32,067 bases of DNA, from assembly GCA_963727485.1 (NCBI GenBank), contig CAVSGM010000012.1, positions 1 through 32,067 on the forward strand, read 5' to 3'. The DNA is from an uncultured delta proteobacterium. Its GTDB lineage: Bacteria > Myxococcota > Myxococcia > SLRQ01. This document shows, piece by piece, positions 16,547-26,771 of this stretch. Under the pieces are notes generated by a model. The model was not told the DNA's origin, did no database searches, and saw only the letters and a list, made by a program, of their open reading frames with translations. Position numbers and translations under genes: made by a program. Every line of letters starts with the position of its first letter. The stretch's first letter is position 1.

Positions 16547-17656
16547 TCAGGTCCCCGGGCCCGGGCCCGGGATCCCGGCGAGGGCGAGGACCTTCCGGGC
16601 CAGGGTCGAGAGGGGGACGGCGTCGACGCCGTCGGCCGGCACCCACCGCTTCGCCTCGTAGGCGCCGTCCTCGGTGGGTGGCCCCCGGCGGCGCGGGGCG
16701 ACCTCGAGGGCGAAGACCTCGAGCTTCAGCTCGATGTGGGTGAACACGTGGGTCACCATGCCCAGGCGCCGGCCGGCGCGGGCGGCCTCCTCGGGGATCC
16801 GGGGCGGCTCCCACAGGCCCCCGAGGAGGCCCGTGGCCGGGCGCCGGGCGAGGAGCACCTTCCCGCCGCGGGTGGCCACCGCGCAGAAGGCCCGCTCCCG
16901 GCGCCGGCGCGGGCGGCGGGCCACCTGGGGGAGCTTCGTCTCGCGGCCCTGGCGCCGGGCGAGGCAGTGCGCCGAGACCGGGCAGAGGAGGCAGGCGGGC
17001 GCGGCCGGGGTGCAGACGGTGGCCCCGAGCTCCATGAGGGCCTGGTTCAGGGCAGAGGGATCGCCCCCGGCCTCGACCAGCTCGCCGGCCCGGGCCCAGA
17101 GGGCGGTCTTCACCGGCTTCGACGCCGGGTCCCCCTCGAGGGCGTCGAGGCGCGCCAGGACCCGGATGACGTTTCCGTCGACCAGGGGCACCGGGTCGCC
17201 GAAGGCGATGGAGCGGATGGCCCCGAGGGTGTAGGGCCCGACGCCGGGGAGGGCGGCCAGGGCCGCCGGGTCCCGGGGGACGACGCCCCCGTGCGCCTCC
17301 GCGACCACCGAGGCGGCGCGGTGGAGGTTGCGGCACCGCGCGTAGTAGCCCAGGCCCGACCAGTAGCCGAGCACCGTCTCCAGGTCGGCGGCGGCGAGGT
17401 CGGTGACCGTGGGGAAGGCGGCCATCCACCGGTGGTAGTAGGGCACCACCGTGGCCACCTGGGTCTGCTGGAGCATGATCTCGCTGACCCAGACCCGGTA
17501 GGGGCCGGTGACCGGGTCGGCGGCGTCCCGGCGCCAGGGGAGGTCCCGGGCGTGGCGCCGGTACCAGCGGACCAGGTTGGCGGCGACACGCCGGGCGTCG
17601 GCGGGCGCGGCCTTCGGTGCCCGGGCCCCGGAGGTGGCGGACCGGCGGCCGGTCAA
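16547..17656 (-). CDS. mutY: A/G-specific adenine DNA glycosylase MutY
   Basis: WY..HARDLPWR, PYRVWVSEIMLQQTQV, WSGLGYYAR, LPGVGPYT, VDGNVIRV, NQALMELGATVC..P.C..CP....C (4Fe-4S). TTG start overlaps the upstream stop (TTGA). Confidence 0.95.
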   Translation of the reverse strand: MTGRRSATSGARAPKAAPADARRVAANLVRWYRRHARDLPWRRDAADPVTGPYRVWVSEIMLQQTQVATVVPYYHRWMAAFPTVTDLAAADLETVLGYWSGLGYYARCRNLHRAASVVAEAHGGVVPRDPAALAALPGVGPYTLGAIRSIAFGDPVPLVDGNVIRVLARLDALEGDPASKPVKTALWARAGELVEAGGDPSALNQALMELGATVCTPAAPACLLCPVSAHCLARRQGRETKLPQVARRPRRRRERAFCAVATRGGKVLLARRPATGLLGGLWEPPRIPEEAARAGRRLGMVTHVFTHIELKLEVFALEVAPRRRGPPTEDGAYEAKRWVPADGVDAVPLSTLARKVLALAGIPGPGPGT

Positions 17657-19242
17657 CGGCCCTCGCCGTCCACCCAGCGGCGCACCTCGTCTCCCACCGC
17701 ATAGGTGGTGGGCAGGCGCGTCCCGTCCACCAGGTGGCAGGTGCCCTGGAGGTCCATGTCGTAGCGGGCGGCGATGGCGTCCCGGTCCGCCACCAGCTGC
17801 TCCAGCGCCGTCACCAGGGCGTCCACGTCGGCGCCGGTGGAGTAGACGCCCAGGGACGCCCGCACCGCCCCGGGGACGTGCCGCCGGTCGTGGGCCTTCA
17901 TCTCCGAGCGGTAGGCGACCTCGGTGCCGGTGTCCACCTGGAGCAGGCGCTTGACGTAGGGGTGGGCGCAGAAGCACTCGTTGCGCACCGCGATGTCGTG
18001 GAAGTCGTTGAGGTAGTGGGCGACCACCGCGTGGTGCAGGCCGTCGACGTTGAAGGAGACCACCCCGGCGCGGGGGACGGCGTCGAGGTCGGTGCTCCCG
18101 TAGACGGTGACCCCGTCGATCCCGGCGAGGCCCGCGACCAGCCGGCGCACCAGGCCCGACTCGGCCTCGGCGACGGTGTCCATCCCGATGGCCATCAGGG
18201 TCTCGGCCACCAGGCCCATGGCGATGGAGCCGAGGATGTTCGGGGTCCCGGCCTCCTCGCGGGCGGTGACCTGGTCCTTGATCTCGAAGTCCTCGAGGCT
18301 CACGTACTCGACCATCCCCCCGCCGACGTCGGTGACGCAGTGGCGGCCGGTGAGGGTCTGGAGGTTGCCGATGAGGGCGCCGCGGCTCCCCGGGGCGTAG
18401 AGCTTGTGGCCCGAGAGCACCAGGTAGTCGAGGCACTCGGCGGGGTCGCCCGGGTGCATGTCCACCGGATCGTGGGGGACCCACTGGGCGCCGTCGGCGA
18501 GGATCTGGGCGCCGGCGGCGTGGGCCATCCGGGCGATGCGGTGGACCGGGTTCTTGATCCCGGTGACGTTGGAGACGCCGGTGATCGCCACCAGGCGGAC
18601 CCGCTGGCCCTCCTCGGCGAGGATGTGCTCGAGGTGGGCGAGGTCGAGGGCGCCGGTGGCGGGATCGATGTCCACCGCGCGGACGTGGTGGTGGCCCACC
18701 GCCTCCATCCAGGGCAGGAGGTTGGAGTGGTGCTCCATCACCGAGGTGACCACCAGGGGCCGGGCGAGGAGCTCGTCGATGGCCTGGGCGCCGCCGGGCC
18801 CCAGCGCGGTCTTGAAGGCCTCGACCACCTCGGCGGGGGCGCCCTCGGGGAAGCGCTTGACCAGGGAGCGGATCTCCGGCGGGAACAGGGCCCGGGCGAG
18901 GAAGTTGGTGGCCCCGGTGGCGCCGTTGCCGGTGAACAGACAGACGTCGGTGTCCGGGCTGTAGCCCACCAGGCGCCCGATGGCGTCGCGGCTCTCCTCG
19001 ATGGCGCGGGTGGTGTCCCGGCCGGCGCGGTGGGCCACGGTGTGGCTGTTGGCGCTCGCGGCCTCGAGGTAGCGCTCGAGGCTCTCCCACACCATCCGGG
19101 GCATCAGCGCGGTGGCGGTGGTGTCGAGGTAGACCCGGCGTCGCTGCACCGTGTCGCCGCCCGGGCCCACCACGGGGTCCCGGCGGTCGAGCCCGATGAA
19201 GTCCCGGGCGAAGCGGTCGAGGAGGGCGCGGCGCGTGTCCAT
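17653..19242 (-). CDS. class V PLP-dependent aminotransferase / SufS-like cysteine desulfurase
   Basis: YLDTTAT, EHHSNLLPW, SNVTG, DGAQ, SGHKLYAP (PLP lysine), EAGTPN, VRNECFCAHPY, RASLG.Y. GGAGG RBS. Confidence 0.88.
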   Translation of the reverse strand: MDTRRALLDRFARDFIGLDRRDPVVGPGGDTVQRRRVYLDTTATALMPRMVWESLERYLEAASANSHTVAHRAGRDTTRAIEESRDAIGRLVGYSPDTDVCLFTGNGATGATNFLARALFPPEIRSLVKRFPEGAPAEVVEAFKTALGPGGAQAIDELLARPLVVTSVMEHHSNLLPWMEAVGHHHVRAVDIDPATGALDLAHLEHILAEEGQRVRLVAITGVSNVTGIKNPVHRIARMAHAAGAQILADGAQWVPHDPVDMHPGDPAECLDYLVLSGHKLYAPGSRGALIGNLQTLTGRHCVTDVGGGMVEYVSLEDFEIKDQVTAREEAGTPNILGSIAMGLVAETLMAIGMDTVAEAESGLVRRLVAGLAGIDGVTVYGSTDLDAVPRAGVVSFNVDGLHHAVVAHYLNDFHDIAVRNECFCAHPYVKRLLQVDTGTEVAYRSEMKAHDRRHVPGAVRASLGVYSTGADVDALVTALEQLVADRDAIAARYDMDLQGTCHLVDGTRLPTTYAVGDEVRRWVDGEGR

Positions 19243-19284
19243 GGGCTTGCCTCCGAGGCCCGGGCAACCTACACCCGAACGCCG

Positions 19285-21975
19285 ATGGAGACCACGGGCG
19301 CCGCGCGGACCCTCGCCGAGGACGTCCGCGCCCTGGGAGACCTCCTCGGCGAGACCCTCGCCGCCCACGGGGGCGAGGGGCTGCTCGCCGACGTGGAGGA
19401 GATGCGCCTGGCCGCCAAGAGCGCCCGGGAGGCCGGGGACGAGGCGACCCGCGAGGCGGCCCGGGCCGAGCTCGCCGAGGTGGCCGCCCGCCTCGACGCC
19501 TCGCAGGCCGGCGAGGTGGTCCGCGCCTTCGGCCTCTACTTCCAGCTGGTCAACCTCGCCGAGGACGTGGCGCGCACCCGGGCGCTGCGCGCGCGCGAGG
19601 CCGAGGGGCCCGAGGCGGTGGACGAGTCGCTGGCCGCCTGCGTCGCCGAGCTCCACGCCCGCGGCGCCACCCGGGACGAGGTCCTCGCCGCCCTCGGCGA
19701 TCTCCACCTGCGCTTCGTGTTCACCGCCCACCCCACCGAGGCCAGGCGGCGCACCACCGAGCGGCTCCTGGCGCTGGCGCGCCGGGCCCTGGTCGACCTC
19801 GACCGGAGGCGGCTGACCCCCTGGGAGGACGAGGCGACGCGCCGGCGCCTCCGGGCGGCGGTGGAGGCCCTGTGGGAGCACGCCGACGAGCGCCACCGCC
19901 CCCCGGAGGTCCTCGACGAGGTGCGCACCGGCCTCTGGTACTTCGAAACCGTCCTCCTCGACGCCCTCCCGGATCTCCAGCGGCGCCTCGCCGCCGCCGT
20001 CGCCGGGCGCTACGGCGAGGTGGACCCGGCCCGCCTCCCGCTCCCGGTGGGCTTCGGCTCGTGGATGGGCGGCGACCGGGACGGAAACCCCTTCGTCGAC
20101 GCGGACACCACCGAGGCGGCCCTGCGCCTCCACCGGCGCCTGGTCCTCGGGCGCTACCTCGACGACCTGGCGGCGCTCGCCAATCCCCTCGCCGCCGCTT
20201 CGGCCCGGCTCCCGGCGTCCCGGTCGCTCGACGCCGCCCTCGACCGCAACCGCCGCGCCCTCGGCGACGCCGCCGCCGCCCTCGGGGCCCGGAACCCCGC
20301 CGAGCCCCTGCGCCGGCTCCTCACCTTCATGCGCGCGCGCCTGGACCGGGCGCGCACCTTCGCCGCCGGGGCCTACCCGGGGCCCGAGGCCTTCCTCGCC
20401 GACCTCGAAGCGGTGCGGGCCACCCTGCGCCGGGCCCGGGCCAAGGCCCTGCCCGACGACGCCCTCCTCGACCTCATCCTCCGGGTGCGGGGCTTCGGCT
20501 TCGCCCTGGTGGCCCTCGACCTCCGGGAGGACGCCCGGGTCCACCGGCGGGTGGTCGCCGAGCTCCTCGGCGAGGCCGGGTACCTCGAGTGGGACGACGC
20601 GAGGCGCCGGGAGGCCCTCCTGGCCCTGCGCCTCCCCGACAATCCCGCCGGCCTCACCGACGAGGCCCGCCGGCTCCTCGCCCTCTTCGCGCGCCTCGCC
20701 GACCAGCAGGCCCGCTACGGGCCGGCGGCGGTGAGCACCTACGCCATCAGCCACTGCGAGTCGGTCACCGACGTCCTCGAGGTCCACCGCCTCGCCGCCC
20801 TCCACGGCGTCGAGGCCGTGGACGTGGTGCCGCTCCTGGAGTCGAGCCACGCCCTGGCCACCGCCGGCGAGCTCCTCGGCGCGATCCTCGACGATCCGGC
20901 CTACCGGGCCCACGTGGCGCGGCGCGGGGATCTCCAGGAGGTCCTCCTCGGCTACTCCGACTCGGCGAAGGAGGCGGGGATCGCCGCCAGCCGGGTGGGG
21001 ATCCTCGAGGCCCAGCTCGCCGCCGCCGGGGCCTGCGGCACCCGGGGGGTGCGCCTGCGCCTCTTCCATGGCCGCGGGGGCTCGGTGAGCCGGGGGGGCG
21101 GGCCCACCCACCGGGCCCTCCGCGCCCTGCCCCGGGGGGCGTTCTCCGGCGACCTGAAGGTCACCGAGCAGGGCGAGACCCGGGCCTTCCACTTTGGCGA
21201 CCCGGGCCTCGCCAGCCGCTACCTCGAGCGCACCGTGGGCGCGGCGCTGGTGGTCCGCTTCGAGGCGCGCACCGGCGCCGGCACCGGCCCCACCGCCGGC
21301 GAGCCCCACCTCCTGGCCCTCGCCGCCGCCAGCCGCGCCGCGTTTCGCCGCCTGGTCGAGGCCGAGGGCTTCGTCGCGTTCTTCCGGGAGGCGACGCCGC
21401 TGGCCGAGATCGCCGCCCTCAACATCGGCAGCCGCCCGGCCCGGCGCGGGGGCGACCGGGCGCTGGACAACCTGCGCGCCATCCCCTGGGTCTTCGCCTG
21501 GAGCCAGTCGCGGCTCCTGGTCCCCGCCTGGTTCGGGGTGGGCGCCGGCCTCGAGGCCCTCGCCGCCGGCGACGGAGGCCTCTCGGCCCTCACCGGCCTC
21601 TACGCCCGCAGCCCCTTCTTCCAGGACCTGATGGACAACGTCCACATGGCGCTGGCCAAGACCGACGTCCCCATCGCCACCCGCTACGCCGCCCTCTGCC
21701 CCGACCCCGACCGCCGCCAGCGGATCTTCGGCGCCATCCTCGAGGAGCACGCCCGCACCGTGCGCCTGGTCCTCGCGGTCACCGGCCAGGCCGAGCTCCT
21801 GGGCGAGGATCCGGTGGTGCAGCGCTCGGTGCGCCTGCGCAACCCCTATGTCAATCCGCTCTCCTACCTCCAGGTGGAGGCCCTGCGCCGGAGCCGCGCC
21901 GGGGACGCGGCCTTCGCGGCGGTGGCGCGCAGCGCGGTGCGGGGGATCGCCGGGGGCCTGCGGAACACCGGGTGA
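19285..21975 (+). CDS. ppc: phosphoenolpyruvate carboxylase
   Basis: FTAHPTE, GSWMGGDRDGNP, GYSDSAK, FHGRGGSVSRGGGP, TEQGE, LRAIPWVFAWSQ, terminal GLRNTG. Confidence 0.96.
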   Translation: METTGAARTLAEDVRALGDLLGETLAAHGGEGLLADVEEMRLAAKSAREAGDEATREAARAELAEVAARLDASQAGEVVRAFGLYFQLVNLAEDVARTRALRAREAEGPEAVDESLAACVAELHARGATRDEVLAALGDLHLRFVFTAHPTEARRRTTERLLALARRALVDLDRRRLTPWEDEATRRRLRAAVEALWEHADERHRPPEVLDEVRTGLWYFETVLLDALPDLQRRLAAAVAGRYGEVDPARLPLPVGFGSWMGGDRDGNPFVDADTTEAALRLHRRLVLGRYLDDLAALANPLAAASARLPASRSLDAALDRNRRALGDAAAALGARNPAEPLRRLLTFMRARLDRARTFAAGAYPGPEAFLADLEAVRATLRRARAKALPDDALLDLILRVRGFGFALVALDLREDARVHRRVVAELLGEAGYLEWDDARRREALLALRLPDNPAGLTDEARRLLALFARLADQQARYGPAAVSTYAISHCESVTDVLEVHRLAALHGVEAVDVVPLLESSHALATAGELLGAILDDPAYRAHVARRGDLQEVLLGYSDSAKEAGIAASRVGILEAQLAAAGACGTRGVRLRLFHGRGGSVSRGGGPTHRALRALPRGAFSGDLKVTEQGETRAFHFGDPGLASRYLERTVGAALVVRFEARTGAGTGPTAGEPHLLALAAASRAAFRRLVEAEGFVAFFREATPLAEIAALNIGSRPARRGGDRALDNLRAIPWVFAWSQSRLLVPAWFGVGAGLEALAAGDGGLSALTGLYARSPFFQDLMDNVHMALAKTDVPIATRYAALCPDPDRRQRIFGAILEEHARTVRLVLAVTGQAELLGEDPVVQRSVRLRNPYVNPLSYLQVEALRRSRAGDAAFAAVARSAVRGIAGGLRNTG

Positions 21976-22026
21976 GGGCCCGGGGCCGGTGGAGCCCGGG
22001 GCCGCCGGTGGGGTAGCCTCTCGGGG

Positions 22027-23205
22027 ATGGCCCGCCCGACCCTCCGCCAATCCGCCGTCGTCGCCGGCGCCGTGCTCCTCGCCCTGGCCGGGGCCGGGGC
22101 CGCCCCCGCCGCCGACCCCCCGCCGCCGCGGACCCCGGCGGGCCTCCTCTCGGCCCTGGCGCAATGCCGGGCCAACGAGGACTACGCCTGCGTCGACCGG
22201 CTCCTCACCGGCAGCGAGCTCATCACCCGCGTCGCCCGGGCGAAGCTCCGGGCCCCGGGCGGAGCCTCGGACCCGGACCTCCTCCCGGCCCTCCTCGCCA
22301 ACGCCGACGCCGGGGGCCGCCGCCGCTTCCTCACCCTCCTCAAGGGCCCCCTGGACCAGTGCGACATGGCCCTGTCGCTGGCCGCAGAGGCCCTGTGCCA
22401 CGTCCAGGGCCAGGGGCGAAGGGCGCCCCCGGAGCGCGACGTCGCCGGCCTCCCGGCCAAGGCCCGCGCCGCCCTCGAAGGCCTCGACCGCCACCTCGGC
22501 GCCGGGCTGCGCCACCGCCGGGTGCGGCGCCTGGTCTGCGGCCCCTACGCCGACCTCTCCGGGACCTTCCGCTTCGCCGCGGCCACCCTGGTCCTCGCCG
22601 ATCGCCCGGGGACCGGGCCCACGATCCTCGACCTGGCCTGCCACACCCTGAACGCCGGCGGGCCCACCCACCGGACGCCGGTGCCCCTGGCCAAGGTGGT
22701 CGAGGCGCCGGACTCGGAGGCGGTGGTCGCCGCCGTCGACCGGGGGCTGCACTGCCTCGAGGACGGCGGGCGCGGCTGCCTCGACGCCGTCGCGCCCTTC
22801 GGCCGGCTCCTCCACGCCTGGCTGGTCAGCGCCCTCGACGCCGACCGCGCCGACCGGGAGGCCGCCCTCACCCGGGCCCGGGGCCTGGTCGCCGGTGATC
22901 CCGGCGATCGCGCCAGCTTCCTCCTCCACCAGCTCCAGGTCCGCTGCGGTGACCTCACCCGCCTCACCGCCGGCGACTGCCGGGCCGGCGCCGCCACCCC
23001 CGCGCCCGCGGCGCCCCCCCTGCCCCGGCGCCTCGGCCCCTCCGAGGCCGCCCGGGCCCGGGCCCTCGAGGCGCTCGCCGGCGCCCGGGCCCCCACCGGC
23101 CCCCTGGAGGTCCGCCACCTCGCCTGCGGGGACCTCCGGGCCACGGTGACCCTGGTCCGCCCCACAGGTGGCCTCCCGGCGCTCGTCGATCTCACCTGTC
23201 GCTAG
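22027..23205 (+). CDS. secreted hypothetical protein with two tandem 6-Cys domains
   Basis: Signal peptide (SAVVAGAVLLALAGAGAAPA). Internal duplication visible. TAGCCT 7 nt before the ATG. Confidence 0.7.
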   Translation: MARPTLRQSAVVAGAVLLALAGAGAAPAADPPPPRTPAGLLSALAQCRANEDYACVDRLLTGSELITRVARAKLRAPGGASDPDLLPALLANADAGGRRRFLTLLKGPLDQCDMALSLAAEALCHVQGQGRRAPPERDVAGLPAKARAALEGLDRHLGAGLRHRRVRRLVCGPYADLSGTFRFAAATLVLADRPGTGPTILDLACHTLNAGGPTHRTPVPLAKVVEAPDSEAVVAAVDRGLHCLEDGGRGCLDAVAPFGRLLHAWLVSALDADRADREAALTRARGLVAGDPGDRASFLLHQLQVRCGDLTRLTAGDCRAGAATPAPAAPPLPRRLGPSEAARARALEALAGARAPTGPLEVRHLACGDLRATVTLVRPTGGLPALVDLTCR

Positions 23206-23244
23206 AGGCGCCCGGCGCCGCGCACCCCCAGGAGGCCGGCCGCC

Positions 23245-24078
23245 TCACCCGAGGACGTGGTGCCGGTGGCTCGGGATCTCCCCGCGCACCGCCTCGAGCC
23301 ACGCCGGGTCGACCTCGGCCAGCGCCAGCCCCTCGGCGCGGTCCGGCGCCCGGGCGAGGACCTTCCCCCAGGGGTCCGCGACCAGGGCGTTGCCGTAGGT
23401 CACCCGCTTCTCCGAGTGGCGCCCGAACTGCGCCGGCGCCGCCACGTAGCACCCGTTCTCGATGGCCCGGGCCCGGAGCAGCACCTCCCAGTGGTCCTTG
23501 CCGGTGTGGAGGGTGAAGGCCGCCGGGACCCAGAGGAGCCGGGCGCCGGCGCGCTCGAGGCGCTGGTAGAGCTCGGGGAAGCGCAGGTCGTAGCAGACGG
23601 TGAGGCCGTGGGTGACGCCGGCGGCCTCGCCGGTGACGACCTCGGTGCCGGGGGCGATGTGGCCACTCTCCCGGTAGACCGAGCCGTCGGCGAGGTCCAC
23701 GTCGAAGAGGTGGATCTTCCGGTACACCGCCCGGAGCTCGCCCTCGGCGTCGACGAGGACCGAGGTGTTGTGGACCCGCGCCGGATCGGCGGTGCGCTCC
23801 GGGAAGGTCCCCCCGAGGATCACCAGCCCCGTCTCCCGGGCGAGCGCCCGCAGCCTCGCCACCGTGGGGCCCTCGAGGTCCTCGGCGAGGCCGGGCTTGT
23901 CCCCCTCGGGGCCCATGTAGCTGAAGTTCTCCGGGAGCCCGGCGACGGCGGCGCCCCGGGCCCGGGCGGCCCGGAGGAGGTCCGCGGCCCGATCGAGGTT
24001 GTGGCCCACGTCGGGCCCCGAGGACATCTGGATGGCGGCGACGACGATGGGGCTTGCGGTGTCCGGCTTCTGGGGCAT
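23245..24078 (-). CDS. carbon-nitrogen hydrolase (Nit1/YbeM-like, deaminated glutathione amidase family)
   Basis: Catalytic triad motifs LPEN, YRKIHLFDV, VCYDLRFPE. PAAFT..TG..HWEVLLRARAIEN. GGAGG RBS with TATAAC upstream. Confidence 0.93.
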   Translation of the reverse strand: MPQKPDTASPIVVAAIQMSSGPDVGHNLDRAADLLRAARARGAAVAGLPENFSYMGPEGDKPGLAEDLEGPTVARLRALARETGLVILGGTFPERTADPARVHNTSVLVDAEGELRAVYRKIHLFDVDLADGSVYRESGHIAPGTEVVTGEAAGVTHGLTVCYDLRFPELYQRLERAGARLLWVPAAFTLHTGKDHWEVLLRARAIENGCYVAAPAQFGRHSEKRVTYGNALVADPWGKVLARAPDRAEGLALAEVDPAWLEAVRGEIPSHRHHVLG

Positions 24079-24131
24079 GATTCCCTCCTCCCCCGTGGTT
24101 ATAGAGGAGGCCGGCCGAAGGGCCAGAGGTC

Positions 24132-24160
24132 TTGCGACCTCCGGGGGGGCGTGGTAGAGA
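24132..24160 (+). promoter_or_regulatory. putative sigma70 promoter for the rimP operon
   Basis: TTGCGA (24132-24137), 17 bp, TG-G-TAGAGA (24152-24160). Confidence 0.5.
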
Positions 24161-24188
24161 CACCCTGCATTTTCGGTAGGTTGTTCCG

Positions 24189-24222
24189 AAAGTGGGCGCG
24201 GTCCGGCCCGCTTTTCTTTTTT
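24189..24222 (+). terminator. rimP leader attenuator hairpin
   Basis: AAAGTGGGC / GCCCGCTTT stem followed by a T-rich tract just upstream of rimP, resembling the known rimP-leader (AGUGGGC...GCCCACUUUU) motif. Confidence 0.8.
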
Positions 24223-24236
24223 CTGTACGCGAGCTT

Positions 24237-24730
24237 ATGTCCAAGCAGACCCGAGAGGTGGAACGACGTGTCTGGGCCCTCCTCGAGCCAGTGATGGCCG
24301 TGGACGGGTATGAGCTCGTGGAAGTCGAGTACGTCTTCGAGGAAGGTCGGGCGGTCCTGCGCATCTACATCGACAAGTCAGAGGGCGCGATCACCCTGGC
24401 GGACACCACCGCGGTGACCCACCTGGTGGACCCGGTCCTCGACGTCGAGGATCCCATCGACCACGCCTACACCCTCGAGGTGTCGAGCCCGGGGCTCGAC
24501 CGGCCCCTGCGCAAGCCCGAGCACTTCTCGCGCTTCGCCGGGGAGCAGGTGCGCATCCGCACCGAGAAGAAGCTCGAAGAGGCCGGCAACCGCCGGAACT
24601 TCAACGGAATCCTGAAGGGTTACCACGACGAACTGGTGACGGTCGACGTGGACGGGACCCTCTTTGACGTACCCCACGCGGCCATCATCCGGGCCACCGT
24701 GGCGTACCAGTTCGACGAGGAGCACCAGCG

Positions 24731-24734
<4 letters not shown>
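24237..24734 (+). CDS. rimP: ribosome maturation factor RimP
   Basis: [40 protein letters not shown]. First gene before nusA. Confidence 0.96.
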
Positions 24735-26464
<1,730 letters not shown>

Positions 26465-26477
26465 GGGGACGCCCACC

Positions 26478-26765
26478 TTGGGCCCCTCCCTTCGAACCTG
26501 CATTGGCTGCAATCACAAGGACTTGAAGAAGAAGCTGTTGAGACTCGTTCGTGACACAGACGGAGCCATCCACGTCGACCCCGGGGCACGCCTCCCCGGT
26601 CGCGGCGCCTACGTGCACCCCCGCACGCGGTGCCTCGACCCGGGACTCACGGCGGCCCGGCTCGCCCGCGCCTTCCGGGGCCGGGTGTCGGTCGGCGAGG
26701 GGCTCGTGGACGCGGCGCGGGACGCCGCGGCGATTGCGTTGACGGACGGACAGCAGGACGGGTGA
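26478..26765 (+). CDS. ylxR: YlxR/DUF448 (RnpM) family RNA-binding protein
   Basis: RTCIGC, LLRLVR, PGRGAYVHP...C, LARAFR. Located between nusA and infB. Confidence 0.88.
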   Translation: MGPSLRTCIGCNHKDLKKKLLRLVRDTDGAIHVDPGARLPGRGAYVHPRTRCLDPGLTAARLARAFRGRVSVGEGLVDAARDAAAIALTDGQQDG

Positions 26766-26771
26766 CGAGAG

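Noticed and set aside
20940..21180. PEPC motif variants (SAKEAG, LKVTEQGE) as altered catalysis
   Set aside because: Conservative changes. K-x-TEQGE occurs in other bacterial PEPCs, and core residues are retained.
19243..23118. Upstream part of the 1821-aa minus-strand ORF (17653..23118)
   Set aside because: Antisense shadow of ppc and the next gene caused by extreme GC3 bias. The real protein starts at ATG 19242 with a GGAGG RBS.
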